Positions 9,120-17,862 of a stretch of DNA of 62,842 nucleotides are shown here, piece after piece (the stretch's first letter is position 1; every line of letters starts with the position of its first letter). Source of the DNA: a virus (Duplodnaviria > Caudoviricetes); the IMG/VR virus record IMGVR_UViG_3300032174_000006, positions 1-62,842 of that record; one strand, given 5' to 3'. Position numbers and translations under genes: made by a program. The notes under the pieces were generated by a model. The model did not search any database. It was not told the DNA's origin and was given only the letters and a program-made list of their open reading frames with translations.

Positions 9120-10140
9120 GTCACTGTGTTGGTACGGCGGAACGGGCAGCTTCAAAACCGCCCAGATGAAATGGTTCGCCCGCTACATCGCGAAGAAAAC
9201 TGGGAAAGCTACGCTCCTGCTATCCACCGACGGCGGCGGCTGGCAAGCCTGCGAGCGGGAAATCTCCGCCGGCATGATCCGCCCGTACCGCTGCGAGGCG
9301 AATGTGCTGCCGCTCGTGCTCCTCCGCAAGATCAGCCAAGGCTACTGGCCGGAGAATCCGGAGGAGACGAATCCCGAACACATCAACCTCATCCCCGTGG
9401 ATTGGAACGAAGTCGGTGGCATCGGTGTCGAAGGCTGGACGTCGATCGCGCAGGTCGGCATGCGATATCTCCCGGACAAGGGAGTGAACGTCGGCGGCGA
9501 GGACCGTGCCAAACCCGGCTCGAACATGATGTTCCGGCTCCCCTTACACGTGGATGGCCGAGTCGTTTCGGAATCCTTCGGCTCAAACACTCGCGGCGAC
9601 TACGGCTTCATCCAACGTTTCCTCTACAGCTTGGTGATGAACTTCGGCGCGCTGCCTGCGGAAGTCGCCTACTCCGCGCTCGAAGCGAAAACGGAAGACG
9701 ATGATCGCGCGACCACGTATGGTCCAGCGATTGCGGGTAAAAAAGCCACCGCGGAATGCGGCGCCTGGGTCGGGGACCTCCTCCACGCCCACGACTTCAC
9801 CATCGCACGAACAGAAAAGGTATCGAACCCGGATCCCAAAGGCGCGGAGAAACAAGTAGACATGACGGTGATGGATACCGTGGTCCGTTATTACTTCCGC
9901 AAGCATCTCGACCCGATCACTGGCATTCCCTATCCGGCCAAGACCCGCGTCGTCCCGGAAGCCATCGCGGAACTCAACAAACGCTTCCCCGGCGGATACT
10001 TCGAGCCGACAACCGAATGGGGGATCGACCGCTATCTCGAAACGATGGATGAACTATCCATCATGGCGCCGGATGATCCACTCCGCGGGTGGCGGGAAGC
10101 GATGGACCGGAAGCTCGGGAAAACAGTCTCAGCCAAGTAG
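9112..10140 (+). CDS. AAA-family P-loop ATPase (Sak4-like recombinase candidate)
   Basis: N-terminal Walker A YGGTGSFKT; Walker B-like IGVEG; PAIAGK motif; adjacent SSB-like gene. Confidence 0.7.
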   Translation: MGRSLCWYGGTGSFKTAQMKWFARYIAKKTGKATLLLSTDGGGWQACEREISAGMIRPYRCEANVLPLVLLRKISQGYWPENPEETNPEHINLIPVDWNEVGGIGVEGWTSIAQVGMRYLPDKGVNVGGEDRAKPGSNMMFRLPLHVDGRVVSESFGSNTRGDYGFIQRFLYSLVMNFGALPAEVAYSALEAKTEDDDRATTYGPAIAGKKATAECGAWVGDLLHAHDFTIARTEKVSNPDPKGAEKQVDMTVMDTVVRYYFRKHLDPITGIPYPAKTRVVPEAIAELNKRFPGGYFEPTTEWGIDRYLETMDELSIMAPDDPLRGWREAMDRKLGKTVSAK

Positions 10141-10147
10141 GTGACCA

Positions 10148-10348
10148 ATGGGAGAGATGGCGGATTTCTATCTGGATTGTGAAACCGGAGAGGAGCCTCT
10201 TTACGATTATAGCGGTGAATTAGCGTGCCGCTATTGCAAGCGTGGGGGCTTTCACTGGGAACAGACGGACGATGGGAAATGGCGGCTGGTGACGAAAATC
10301 GGCCGAGTGCATCAGTGCAAAGCATACTTCGATTCAAAACGCACGTAA
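10148..10348 (+). CDS. small Zn-binding protein
   Basis: CRYC...HQC. Confidence 0.6.
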   Translation: MGEMADFYLDCETGEEPLYDYSGELACRYCKRGGFHWEQTDDGKWRLVTKIGRVHQCKAYFDSKRT

Positions 10349-10361
10349 ATTAAAAGGAGAG

Positions 10362-11153
10362 GTGAACGTAATGGGAAATTTCGGAGAACCAATCACAGGC
10401 GCGGGGGAACCCGGATCATCGGCCCCAGAGGAGCACAAGGCCAACGGCGCGACTCCGTCCGACGAGGTGCAGAATTTGCTGGACCCGAACGACCCGCGGC
10501 TCGTGTCGGAGGAATTGAACGTGAATCCCGACGCGGACGCGTACGCGCAGCCTGCGCCCCCGCCCGACGGGAAATATCGCGTCAAGCTGAAACTCGCGCG
10601 TAAGAAAGTCGGCAACGACGAGATGGATTACGTCGCCGCGCTGTGGGGGAAGGCCCCCGGCCAAGCGGTATTAGTCACCGGCATCGAAGCATCGATCATC
10701 GACCCCTCCGGGAAATACGACGGCCTGAAGGCGTACGATTTCAACGTCTCCACTTTCGTCGGCCGGGACTCCGCCACCAAAGTAACCTCCGTCCTCAGCA
10801 AACTCCGCAAGCCGGACGGCTCCCCCTGGGTGCCGCCGCACACGAAACTCTCCCCGAAGGGCTGGATGGAACTCCTCGTGAAAGCGCTCGCCGGGGAGCC
10901 GGAAGCTGGGATTGAGTCGCAATGGGAATACTCCTGCCAGGAATGCGGCAAAGCGGCGAAGGCGTCCGGGCAAGCGTATCCGCGATCGATCAACGGGATG
11001 CACAAATTCCCCGAGGAGAAGGATCGCTCGAAACGCGCCGCCGGGCAGCTCTACTCCCCGGAGATGAAATGCCCGCTGGTGGCGAGTCATGGCTACGGGA
11101 GGGCGCGCATCAGCATCGCGAGGTTTCTGTCTCTGGATGATGTGAAGAAGTAA
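10362..11153 (+). CDS. putative single-stranded DNA-binding protein (DUF669-like)
   Basis: PPPDGKYRVKL motif and position downstream of a Sak4-like ATPase; extra CQEC..C..H Zn motif. Confidence 0.5.
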   Translation: MNVMGNFGEPITGAGEPGSSAPEEHKANGATPSDEVQNLLDPNDPRLVSEELNVNPDADAYAQPAPPPDGKYRVKLKLARKKVGNDEMDYVAALWGKAPGQAVLVTGIEASIIDPSGKYDGLKAYDFNVSTFVGRDSATKVTSVLSKLRKPDGSPWVPPHTKLSPKGWMELLVKALAGEPEAGIESQWEYSCQECGKAAKASGQAYPRSINGMHKFPEEKDRSKRAAGQLYSPEMKCPLVASHGYGRARISIARFLSLDDVKK

Positions 11154-11158
11154 CACGA

Positions 11159-11511
11159 GTTCAGGGGCCGTAAAAATGCGTGGTCGCGCATCACCGCCGC
11201 CGGTCGGTGCCTGAAATACCGGCATGATATTTATATTCTGTAGCGGGACGGGGCGGCCCATCGAATCGCGGAGATGGGAACACACGAGCGGACAGCTGGC
11301 AGGGTACGGCCAACCTCAGCCGCCGTGATTGCGATCACAGGCTGCCTCGCAACTTTTGTTCGGACGGCTGGTGACGGTCATACAGAGCTGGGTGGCGAGC
11401 GCTTCGGCGAACACCTCGGCCCGGAGCATCTGGACGCTGGCTGGGTGCAGGTCGCCTGAACAATGCCGGGAGGGTAAGGGTAAGGCGTGTAGACGCGCCC
11501 TCCCGGCTCCA
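11159..11511 (+). ncRNA. candidate large structured non-coding RNA
   Basis: ~375-nt intergenic gap with closing stem GTTCAGGGGCC/GGTCGCCTGAAC, several internal hairpins, a cUUCGg tetraloop and a 10-bp terminal hairpin. Confidence 0.5.
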
Positions 11512-11531
11512 AATCTGAAAGGAGAATCACC

Positions 11532-11777
11532 ATGGCATCACGACTTGGACTCGGGAGAATCATCGGATGGGGGAAAGAAGCGGATCAGGAGGAGTTACAT
11601 TTCGTCCTTCACCGTCTCACTCAGATTGCGCAGGAGCGGGCATCGCGACTCAACGCGGCAGACGGTCACGCGAAGGTGAAGCGCGCGAAGCGTCATCGCG
11701 ACAAGCCGGAGGATATTAAACCTCCCGCGCCGGGTACAGGTACGCTGGACGCCCGTGATCTCTCCGTGGAGGCCTAA
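11532..11777 (+). CDS. hypothetical protein
   Basis: AAAGGAG RBS. Confidence 0.65.
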   Translation: MASRLGLGRIIGWGKEADQEELHFVLHRLTQIAQERASRLNAADGHAKVKRAKRHRDKPEDIKPPAPGTGTLDARDLSVEA

Positions 11778-11779
11778 GC

Positions 11780-13150
11780 GTGAGCGTCACCGACCAATTC
11801 GGCATGCTGGGCGACGATCCCATCCCCTCGGAGGATATTCTCATCGAGGCGGCGCCGGAGGATCGCCCCGTTCCCTGTGCGAGATTGATAGGCGTAGCTG
11901 GAAGTGGGAAATCGTATCAGCTCATCAAGCGCACCACAGAGGACGATACCTATGGTCTGCTCAGTTCCACAACCGGAGTTTCAGCCGTGAACCTCGGTGC
12001 GATCACCGTCCACTCCACGCTGAAATTTTCCGACACGATCAGCCTCCGCGACGCGTATCTATGTGGCCGCCTCGCCCGCACGCTCCACGACATCGGCCAA
12101 CGCTACCGCAATCTGATAATTGAAGAATATTCGATGCTGCATGGGGATCAACTGGACCTGATCTACCGCGGCGTGCAGGAAGCGAATCGCTACGGCGACA
12201 TGCAGGATCGACCGCTTGGAATATTACTGGTAGGGGATCTCGCCCAGCTCCCCCCGGTGAAAGGGCCGTGGGTGTTCACCGCCGACTGCTGGGAACATTT
12301 CGCGACGCATACCGAGAGACTGGACAAAGTGTGGAGGCAAGATGGGGGACCATTTCTTGATGCTCTTAATCTATTGCGCAGCGGCAACGGGCCTGCTGCT
12401 GCTGACCTTCTTACTCGCGCAGGGGCTCATTGGCATACTCAACTGGATAACGAATTCGACGGCACGACCATCCTCCCCAAGAACGATATGGTCAACCGAT
12501 TCAACTCCCTCGCGCTCTCCCGAGTCCCCGGAAAAGCGTTCCAAGTGACCTCCCGCCGCTGGGGCCTTCAGCGCCGCGAATGGGGCGAGAACCCCCGCAC
12601 GCACGAATGGGGCATCCCCCCGCGATTGGACCTCAAGATCGGCGCCCTCGTCATGGTCCTCGCCAATTCCCCCGATTTCAGCGTTGTGAACGGCGACACG
12701 GGCCATATCGAGGAAATTGACCCATCCGGCCGGGTAATCGTTAAACTCCTCCGTACGGGCCTCCTGGCCCCCATAGCGAAGATCGTACGAGCCGTCGAGG
12801 AATCGGATCGACCCCCCGGATGGTCCGATTCCTCCCCCCGCATCGACGATTCCGAAGGCGCGGTATGGCACGCAGCACCGCATCGGCGACGGAAAAGTGG
12901 GCGGTATGTCACCGGACAGATTGAATACATGCCACTTAGACTCGCCTACGCGTCCACGGTGCATAAGTCCCAGTCCCTCACCTTGGACCGCATCCAAGTG
13001 GACATCCGCGATAGATTCTTCGCGCAGCCGGCGATGGAATACGTGGCACTGAGCCGAGTCCGAACTTTAGAGGGGCTCCGCATCGTCGGCTCCCCGGAAC
13101 GTTTCGCAGCACAATGCACGATCGACGAAAGGACAACACCCTGGATATGA
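11780..13150 (+). CDS. Pif1/RecD-like SF1B DNA helicase
   Basis: GVAGSGKS, IIEEYSM, VGDLAQLPPV, NGDTG, LAYASTVHKSQSLTL, YVALSR. Confidence 0.92.
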   Translation: MSVTDQFGMLGDDPIPSEDILIEAAPEDRPVPCARLIGVAGSGKSYQLIKRTTEDDTYGLLSSTTGVSAVNLGAITVHSTLKFSDTISLRDAYLCGRLARTLHDIGQRYRNLIIEEYSMLHGDQLDLIYRGVQEANRYGDMQDRPLGILLVGDLAQLPPVKGPWVFTADCWEHFATHTERLDKVWRQDGGPFLDALNLLRSGNGPAAADLLTRAGAHWHTQLDNEFDGTTILPKNDMVNRFNSLALSRVPGKAFQVTSRRWGLQRREWGENPRTHEWGIPPRLDLKIGALVMVLANSPDFSVVNGDTGHIEEIDPSGRVIVKLLRTGLLAPIAKIVRAVEESDRPPGWSDSSPRIDDSEGAVWHAAPHRRRKSGRYVTGQIEYMPLRLAYASTVHKSQSLTLDRIQVDIRDRFFAQPAMEYVALSRVRTLEGLRIVGSPERFAAQCTIDERTTPWI

Positions 13151-13377
13151 GCCTCATTCAACGATTCATCGACAAGCTGAAAGGAAAGCCGCCCGTCATC
13201 GACACCCTCTGGGGTCCGATCCCCGAGCGCGCCCGCCTCCAGGCCGAAACGAACCTCCGCCTCGACCCGGACAAGCGCGCGCAGGTGCTCGCGATTCTCA
13301 TCAAGGAAGCGAAAGGGGACATCGAAGCGGGGAAGAAGGAATTCCGGCGGCGCTACCCTCGCGGGGGGCAAGTCTGA
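13147..13377 (+). CDS. hypothetical protein
   Basis: ATGA overlap with the helicase. Confidence 0.6.
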   Translation: MSLIQRFIDKLKGKPPVIDTLWGPIPERARLQAETNLRLDPDKRAQVLAILIKEAKGDIEAGKKEFRRRYPRGGQV

Positions 13378-13661
13378 TGCTCGACATGCTCGGCAACAAG
13401 ATCCACGAGAAATCCATCCTCTACTGGCACCCTGACCCCAACCACGGCGTCATCTGCCAGGTCGCCCACGTCACCGACGGCGGCATCTCCATGGGCGACT
13501 CAAACGAACTCACCCCGCCGATGTTAGTCATCCAGGTGATGATCCCCGTGACCAACACTCCCCGCGGCAAAGAGCCGATGCTCACGCAATTCGTCTGCGC
13601 GGTGAATCCCACCGCCGAAGCGGCGATCGAAAAAATGATGGCGGGGCAGAGGAAACAGTGA
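13377..13661 (+). CDS. hypothetical protein
   Basis: TGATG overlap; 94 aa. Confidence 0.65.
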   Translation: MLDMLGNKIHEKSILYWHPDPNHGVICQVAHVTDGGISMGDSNELTPPMLVIQVMIPVTNTPRGKEPMLTQFVCAVNPTAEAAIEKMMAGQRKQ

Positions 13662-14107
13662 CAACACGGGCCAAGCCGGATCCGTATGTGATAGTAGTGC
13701 TTTATTTGTGTGGACTGAGTACCCGACAAATTGGCAAGCTACTTTCGCATCCGCACGGGATGATCGCACATATCGTAAAGGCCGAGGGAATTTCTCGTAC
13801 TCAGTCTGCTGCTGCAATGTTGAGACAGCCACCAAAGAGCAAACATTGGAGAAGTTCTAGACAGGCGGCGCGTAAGGCATATCAGAGATATCATCAAATT
13901 AAGCTCACGTCGGATCAACATGTTCATCACATTAACCATAACCATACAGATAATAGAATTGAGAACTTGACCATACTGAATGCTTCTGAGCATACAAAGC
14001 ATCACCATCCCAAGAATCCAATTCCTCGATGGCTCCGTCCGGATCGTCGTGAGTATATGAAGGCGTATCTAAAAGAGTATGGGAAGACATATAAGAGGAA
14101 GTTGTGA
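13658..14107 (+). CDS. HNH endonuclease with N-terminal HTH
   Basis: VHHINHNHTDNRIENL..H..HH; GLSTRQIGKLL HTH-like segment. Confidence 0.85.
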   Translation: MTTRAKPDPYVIVVLYLCGLSTRQIGKLLSHPHGMIAHIVKAEGISRTQSAAAMLRQPPKSKHWRSSRQAARKAYQRYHQIKLTSDQHVHHINHNHTDNRIENLTILNASEHTKHHHPKNPIPRWLRPDRREYMKAYLKEYGKTYKRKL

Positions 14108-17043
14108 CTTCGCGCCAAAAACCTGAGTCTTGCCGATCGTGCGCCTGCGCCAGCCATGGTTCAGACTTTTCCCGTGTGGATGGAACTGGCAGCAATGGAG
14201 TTCTTTTAGTTGGTGAGGCTTCTGGAGAAATGGAGGCGCGGGAGCAGCGTCCATTTGTTCAATACGCTCCGGCGGGTTCGCTTCTTGAACGCACGTTTCG
14301 CCGGATGGGAATGTCTCGCGAGCAATTCTCAATTACAAATATCCGCCGCTGCCGCCCTAAGAACAATTGGGTACTTGGCGCGCCATGGGAATATTCCTCC
14401 GCGAATCATTGCCGACCAAACCTTGATGCAGTGATTGCTGAGCGCAAGCCACGATGTATAGTCGCGTTGGGTGGAGATGCGCTTCGTGAGTTGACTGGCT
14501 TAGCGGGTCCAGCACGGGGCATTACCCATCTTGCTGGATATCCTCTCCTTGGGCCTAATTCTATCCCCACAATTGGGGACTTCCACCCAGCATTTCTGCG
14601 TCGCGGTAAGGCATCTCACCAAGGCCTCTTCGCCCGCATCCTCCGCCGCGCAACGGAAATCGCCGCCGGCCGCGACACACAATTCCAATGGAACATCTCC
14701 CCGGAGGATCCATCGTCCCATGCCCAACTCAACTATCAAACCCGTCCCACCACAGATGCGGCAATGGCGTTTGCAGCTTACGTCCTCGACCATCCACAGC
14801 TGCCAGTTAGCTACGACCTTGAGACGCAAGAATCTGCATCCCTTGACGAGGACGCAAGAGAAGGATTTATTGACACTCACATCCGACTTGTGCAGTTTGC
14901 TATTGGAGGTGCGGGCGCTATTGCTCTCCCATGGGAGCCTGGATTCCAGAAGGCGATTACGTCCATTCTTCACTCACCTAATACGAAGTGTGGGCACAAT
15001 GTCTGGTTATTCGACAACAAAGTCCTCCGCGCGGCAGGTGAGCGCGAGGGAATTGATCTCGCGCCTGGAGGAATAATCCATGACACGCTTCAGATGTTTC
15101 ATCATTGGCAGCCTGATCTGCCTGCCCATTTGCAGTTCTGCGCTCAGTTTGTATCCTTTCCGTTCCCATGGAAACATCTGGCGGGTACTAATATTGAGTT
15201 CTACGGTTGTGCTGATGTGGATGCTACTCTACGTCTCTACACATTCCTCGAATCAACGCTGAATCGTGACGGCATCCTCGGCGACTCCACCCTCGGCTAC
15301 CTCGGTCAAGTCTACTCCGTCCGTCCCGTGCTCGCCGCCATGGAAGACCGCGGCATGCCCATCGACGACGCCGCGCGGATCAAACTCGACGAGGAATTCA
15401 CCCTCGCGCAACGGGAGATCGGCACGGAACTCGCCTCGCTCGCGCCGGATGAGTGTAAACGCGTGCATCCGAAGCAGGGGTATAAGGGGATTCCTCCTGA
15501 GGTGAAAGAGACTCTCCATTCTCTCGGACGCGCTGATGAGCCATTGGAGTTTGTCAGTGTGAACCACATCTTCCGAGATGGCGATGACGGCGAGTATTAC
15601 CGTTATGAACAACGCGAATTTACTGTACCAACCGTAGACGCGTTCTCTGGCGAGCCCGTAGCAATCCCCACGACCCGCTGGTGCCGCGTCTACGATTTCA
15701 ATCCGAACTCTAAAGATCAAGTGATCGCGTACATGCGCGCGAAGGGGCATCGCATCCCCAAGTCGAAGGAGGAACATGAAGACGGCACGCAGAAGGACAC
15801 GACGGCCGAGAAAGAACTTCGCCGACTTGCCGTCCGCACCGGCGATCAGTTCTATCTTAAAGTCGTGGAATATCGTGGATTTACTAAACTCCGATCCACA
15901 TACATTGATGGGTTTAACCCTCAGCCTGACGGATGCGTCCATACAACCTTTACGTTCGCTCCGGCCATCGGACAGCTCTCTAGTCGCAACCCTAACATTC
16001 AAAATTTCACGAAGCTGAAGCCCACCGTCGCGCTCGCGAAGGCCATGCGCAAAATGGTCGCCGCGAAGCCAGGCCACATTCTCACCGAATGGGACTTCAA
16101 ATCCTGCCATATCATCACCCTCGGATTTCTTGCGGAAGATCTGAACTACATGCGCCTCGGCCGACTCGACATGCACTCCTTCGTCGCAGGCCACTTTCTC
16201 AAACTCTGGGACGGATTCAAAATATTCAACGAATCCGACGATGAACTCCGTGCACGATTCAAATGGCTGAAATCCGACCCTGTCAGAAAGCGAGTCCGCG
16301 ATGACCAAGCGAAACACGGTATCCTCGGGATCGGCAACGGCCTCCGCGCGAAGGGGCTCTACGAGCGATACATGGAAAGTTTTCCGCCAAGTCCGTGCCT
16401 TGACTGCCAGGGCCGAGGCACTGATGCGGGAGTCCGAGGACTGCGTAAGTGTCGCAGTTGCGCTGGTGTGGGGCAGCAATCTGGCCAGCGTACTGCCGAA
16501 GCCGTCCTCGAAGTCGCCGAAGCCCTTTTCCCGCGCATCTTCCAGTACCAAGAAGCGCAACGTAAAGAAGCGCACGAGTCCCAGCGCCTCGTCACGCCCT
16601 TCGGCTACGCGCGCCGCTTCTACGAAGTCTATCGCTGGGACGGGAAGCGGAACGCGTGGGGGCACGGGGACCAAGCAGAGGAAGCGGTAGCGTATCGGCT
16701 GGCGAATATCGCGTTTGGACACATACGGGAGAAATTAAAGGAGCTGCATCATGCGGACCTCGATCGGAAATATGGACTATTCAATAACGTACATGATAGC
16801 TTTATGTTCCATTTTGATGAATCGCTATTGGCCGAGCACATTGCAGAGGTGCGCCCCCTACTTACTACTCCTTCTACTGTGTTGCGTCATCCTACCATTT
16901 GTCCGGAGGGATTAGTCATCGACGTCGAAGGTGCCTACGGACACAACTGGGGAGAAATGACGGAAATCTCCATCAAGGATATTCCACTCCATGACGTTGT
17001 TGGACGTGAATATGCTCATTCGGCGTCCCCGGATCCTCAATAA
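14104..17043 (+). CDS. polA: family A DNA polymerase with N-terminal family-4-like uracil-DNA glycosylase and 3'-5' exonuclease domains
   Basis: UDG: CRSC, VGEASG, PFV, TNIRRCRP, HPAF; exo I YDLET, exo II HN..FD, exo III YGCAD; pol: LSSRNPNIQN, motif A WDFKS, motif B AKHGILG, motif C VHDS. Confidence 0.93.
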   Translation: MTSRQKPESCRSCACASHGSDFSRVDGTGSNGVLLVGEASGEMEAREQRPFVQYAPAGSLLERTFRRMGMSREQFSITNIRRCRPKNNWVLGAPWEYSSANHCRPNLDAVIAERKPRCIVALGGDALRELTGLAGPARGITHLAGYPLLGPNSIPTIGDFHPAFLRRGKASHQGLFARILRRATEIAAGRDTQFQWNISPEDPSSHAQLNYQTRPTTDAAMAFAAYVLDHPQLPVSYDLETQESASLDEDAREGFIDTHIRLVQFAIGGAGAIALPWEPGFQKAITSILHSPNTKCGHNVWLFDNKVLRAAGEREGIDLAPGGIIHDTLQMFHHWQPDLPAHLQFCAQFVSFPFPWKHLAGTNIEFYGCADVDATLRLYTFLESTLNRDGILGDSTLGYLGQVYSVRPVLAAMEDRGMPIDDAARIKLDEEFTLAQREIGTELASLAPDECKRVHPKQGYKGIPPEVKETLHSLGRADEPLEFVSVNHIFRDGDDGEYYRYEQREFTVPTVDAFSGEPVAIPTTRWCRVYDFNPNSKDQVIAYMRAKGHRIPKSKEEHEDGTQKDTTAEKELRRLAVRTGDQFYLKVVEYRGFTKLRSTYIDGFNPQPDGCVHTTFTFAPAIGQLSSRNPNIQNFTKLKPTVALAKAMRKMVAAKPGHILTEWDFKSCHIITLGFLAEDLNYMRLGRLDMHSFVAGHFLKLWDGFKIFNESDDELRARFKWLKSDPVRKRVRDDQAKHGILGIGNGLRAKGLYERYMESFPPSPCLDCQGRGTDAGVRGLRKCRSCAGVGQQSGQRTAEAVLEVAEALFPRIFQYQEAQRKEAHESQRLVTPFGYARRFYEVYRWDGKRNAWGHGDQAEEAVAYRLANIAFGHIREKLKELHHADLDRKYGLFNNVHDSFMFHFDESLLAEHIAEVRPLLTTPSTVLRHPTICPEGLVIDVEGAYGHNWGEMTEISIKDIPLHDVVGREYAHSASPDPQ

Positions 17044-17311
17044 ACGCGAAAAACTCCTCCGTGCCGAGTTCTGTTTGAATATCTTGCAAGGTAATCGCGG
17101 GATCGGGGAGATCGCTGATCCGCACGTCGTACGCTTTCCCTAAATGATGAGGGTCCTCCGGTCCGGAGTGTATCCCATCGCACGCGCTGGTAATCGTGAT
17201 GTCATGCCCGATGCTCGCCGCCACCGCTACCAGCCCGGCGAGAATACGAAATCCGCCGGGGGCGATTACACTAAACAGCACCCCCGGCTTGACTCGCACC
17301 ACATTATCCAT
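16973..17311 (-). CDS. M15-type Zn peptidase, putative endolysin
   Basis: ITSACDG.HS..DPHHLGKAYD...EHIHVQ (H-x6-D and HxH ligands). Confidence 0.75.
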   Translation of the reverse strand: MDNVVRVKPGVLFSVIAPGGFRILAGLVAVAASIGHDITITSACDGIHSGPEDPHHLGKAYDVRISDLPDPAITLQDIQTELGTEEFFAFIEDPGTPNEHIHVQQRHGVEYP

Positions 17312-17315
17312 TCAC

Positions 17316-17624
17316 TTACCGCTTGCGCCGAGCAGCTGCCAGGCTGTAATTCAGAGTCAGCGTGTCAGCCGGCGGAGGGACCACGGCGGATACCGTAAAC
17401 GCAACCGTGTCCGTGAGATTATTCCCCGCGTCGATGACCGTCACGTTCGCGGTGCCTGCCGCCACGCACGTAGCAACGCCAGTCGTTGGATCCACGCTCA
17501 CGATCGCCGTGTTGTCGCTCGAAAAAGTGAGCGGCCCGATCGGCTGAACTGGCACTCCCGCAGCCGTTTCCACGACCGCCGGATTGAACACATTCCCTAC
17601 GCTTCCAGTAACAGGTGCTCCCAT
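17316..17624 (-). CDS. Ig-like (Big_2) domain protein
   Basis: TFSSDNTAIVSVDPTTGVATCVAAGTANVTV. Confidence 0.8.
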   Translation of the reverse strand: MGAPVTGSVGNVFNPAVVETAAGVPVQPIGPLTFSSDNTAIVSVDPTTGVATCVAAGTANVTVIDAGNNLTDTVAFTVSAVVPPPADTLTLNYSLAAARRKR

Positions 17625-17625
17625 G

Positions 17626-17793
17626 TCATTGTCCTCTTTTCGTATAAGTTAGTACGAGCTTGTCGGCCGGGGAAGGTTTCAAATCCTCGATAGCCTGGGC
17701 GATGTGGTGCAGTCCCGCCGCAACCGCCTCACCGGAGATGAGAATGGCCCGCGCAATATCCCGATTGTCATCGTCGTCGTGTCGATCCGCCAT
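17626..17793 (-). CDS. hypothetical protein
   Basis: GGAGGAGG RBS before ATG 17793. Confidence 0.6.
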   Translation of the reverse strand: MADRHDDDDNRDIARAILISGEAVAAGLHHIAQAIEDLKPSPADKLVLTYTKRGQ

Positions 17794-17862
17794 TTTCGCC
17801 CTCCTCCACCACGGCCGCCAATTTATCATGACTCTCATTACGCGTATGTTTAATTCCGCACA

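Noticed and set aside
11164-11511. Canonical tmRNA (ssrA) call
   Set aside because: An acceptor-like stem is present, but there is no T-loop, no encoded CCA after the discriminator and no Ala-ending tag ORF; kept only as an unclassified ncRNA candidate.
13658-14107. Group I introns hosting the HNH genes
   Set aside because: The flanking genes are complete ORFs that abut or overlap the HNH genes, leaving no room for an intron core.
14104-17043. 2-aminoadenine (Z) or other whole-genome base-substitution pathway
   Set aside because: No PurZ, dATPase, thymidylate-synthase-like or queuosine-pathway genes were recognised.
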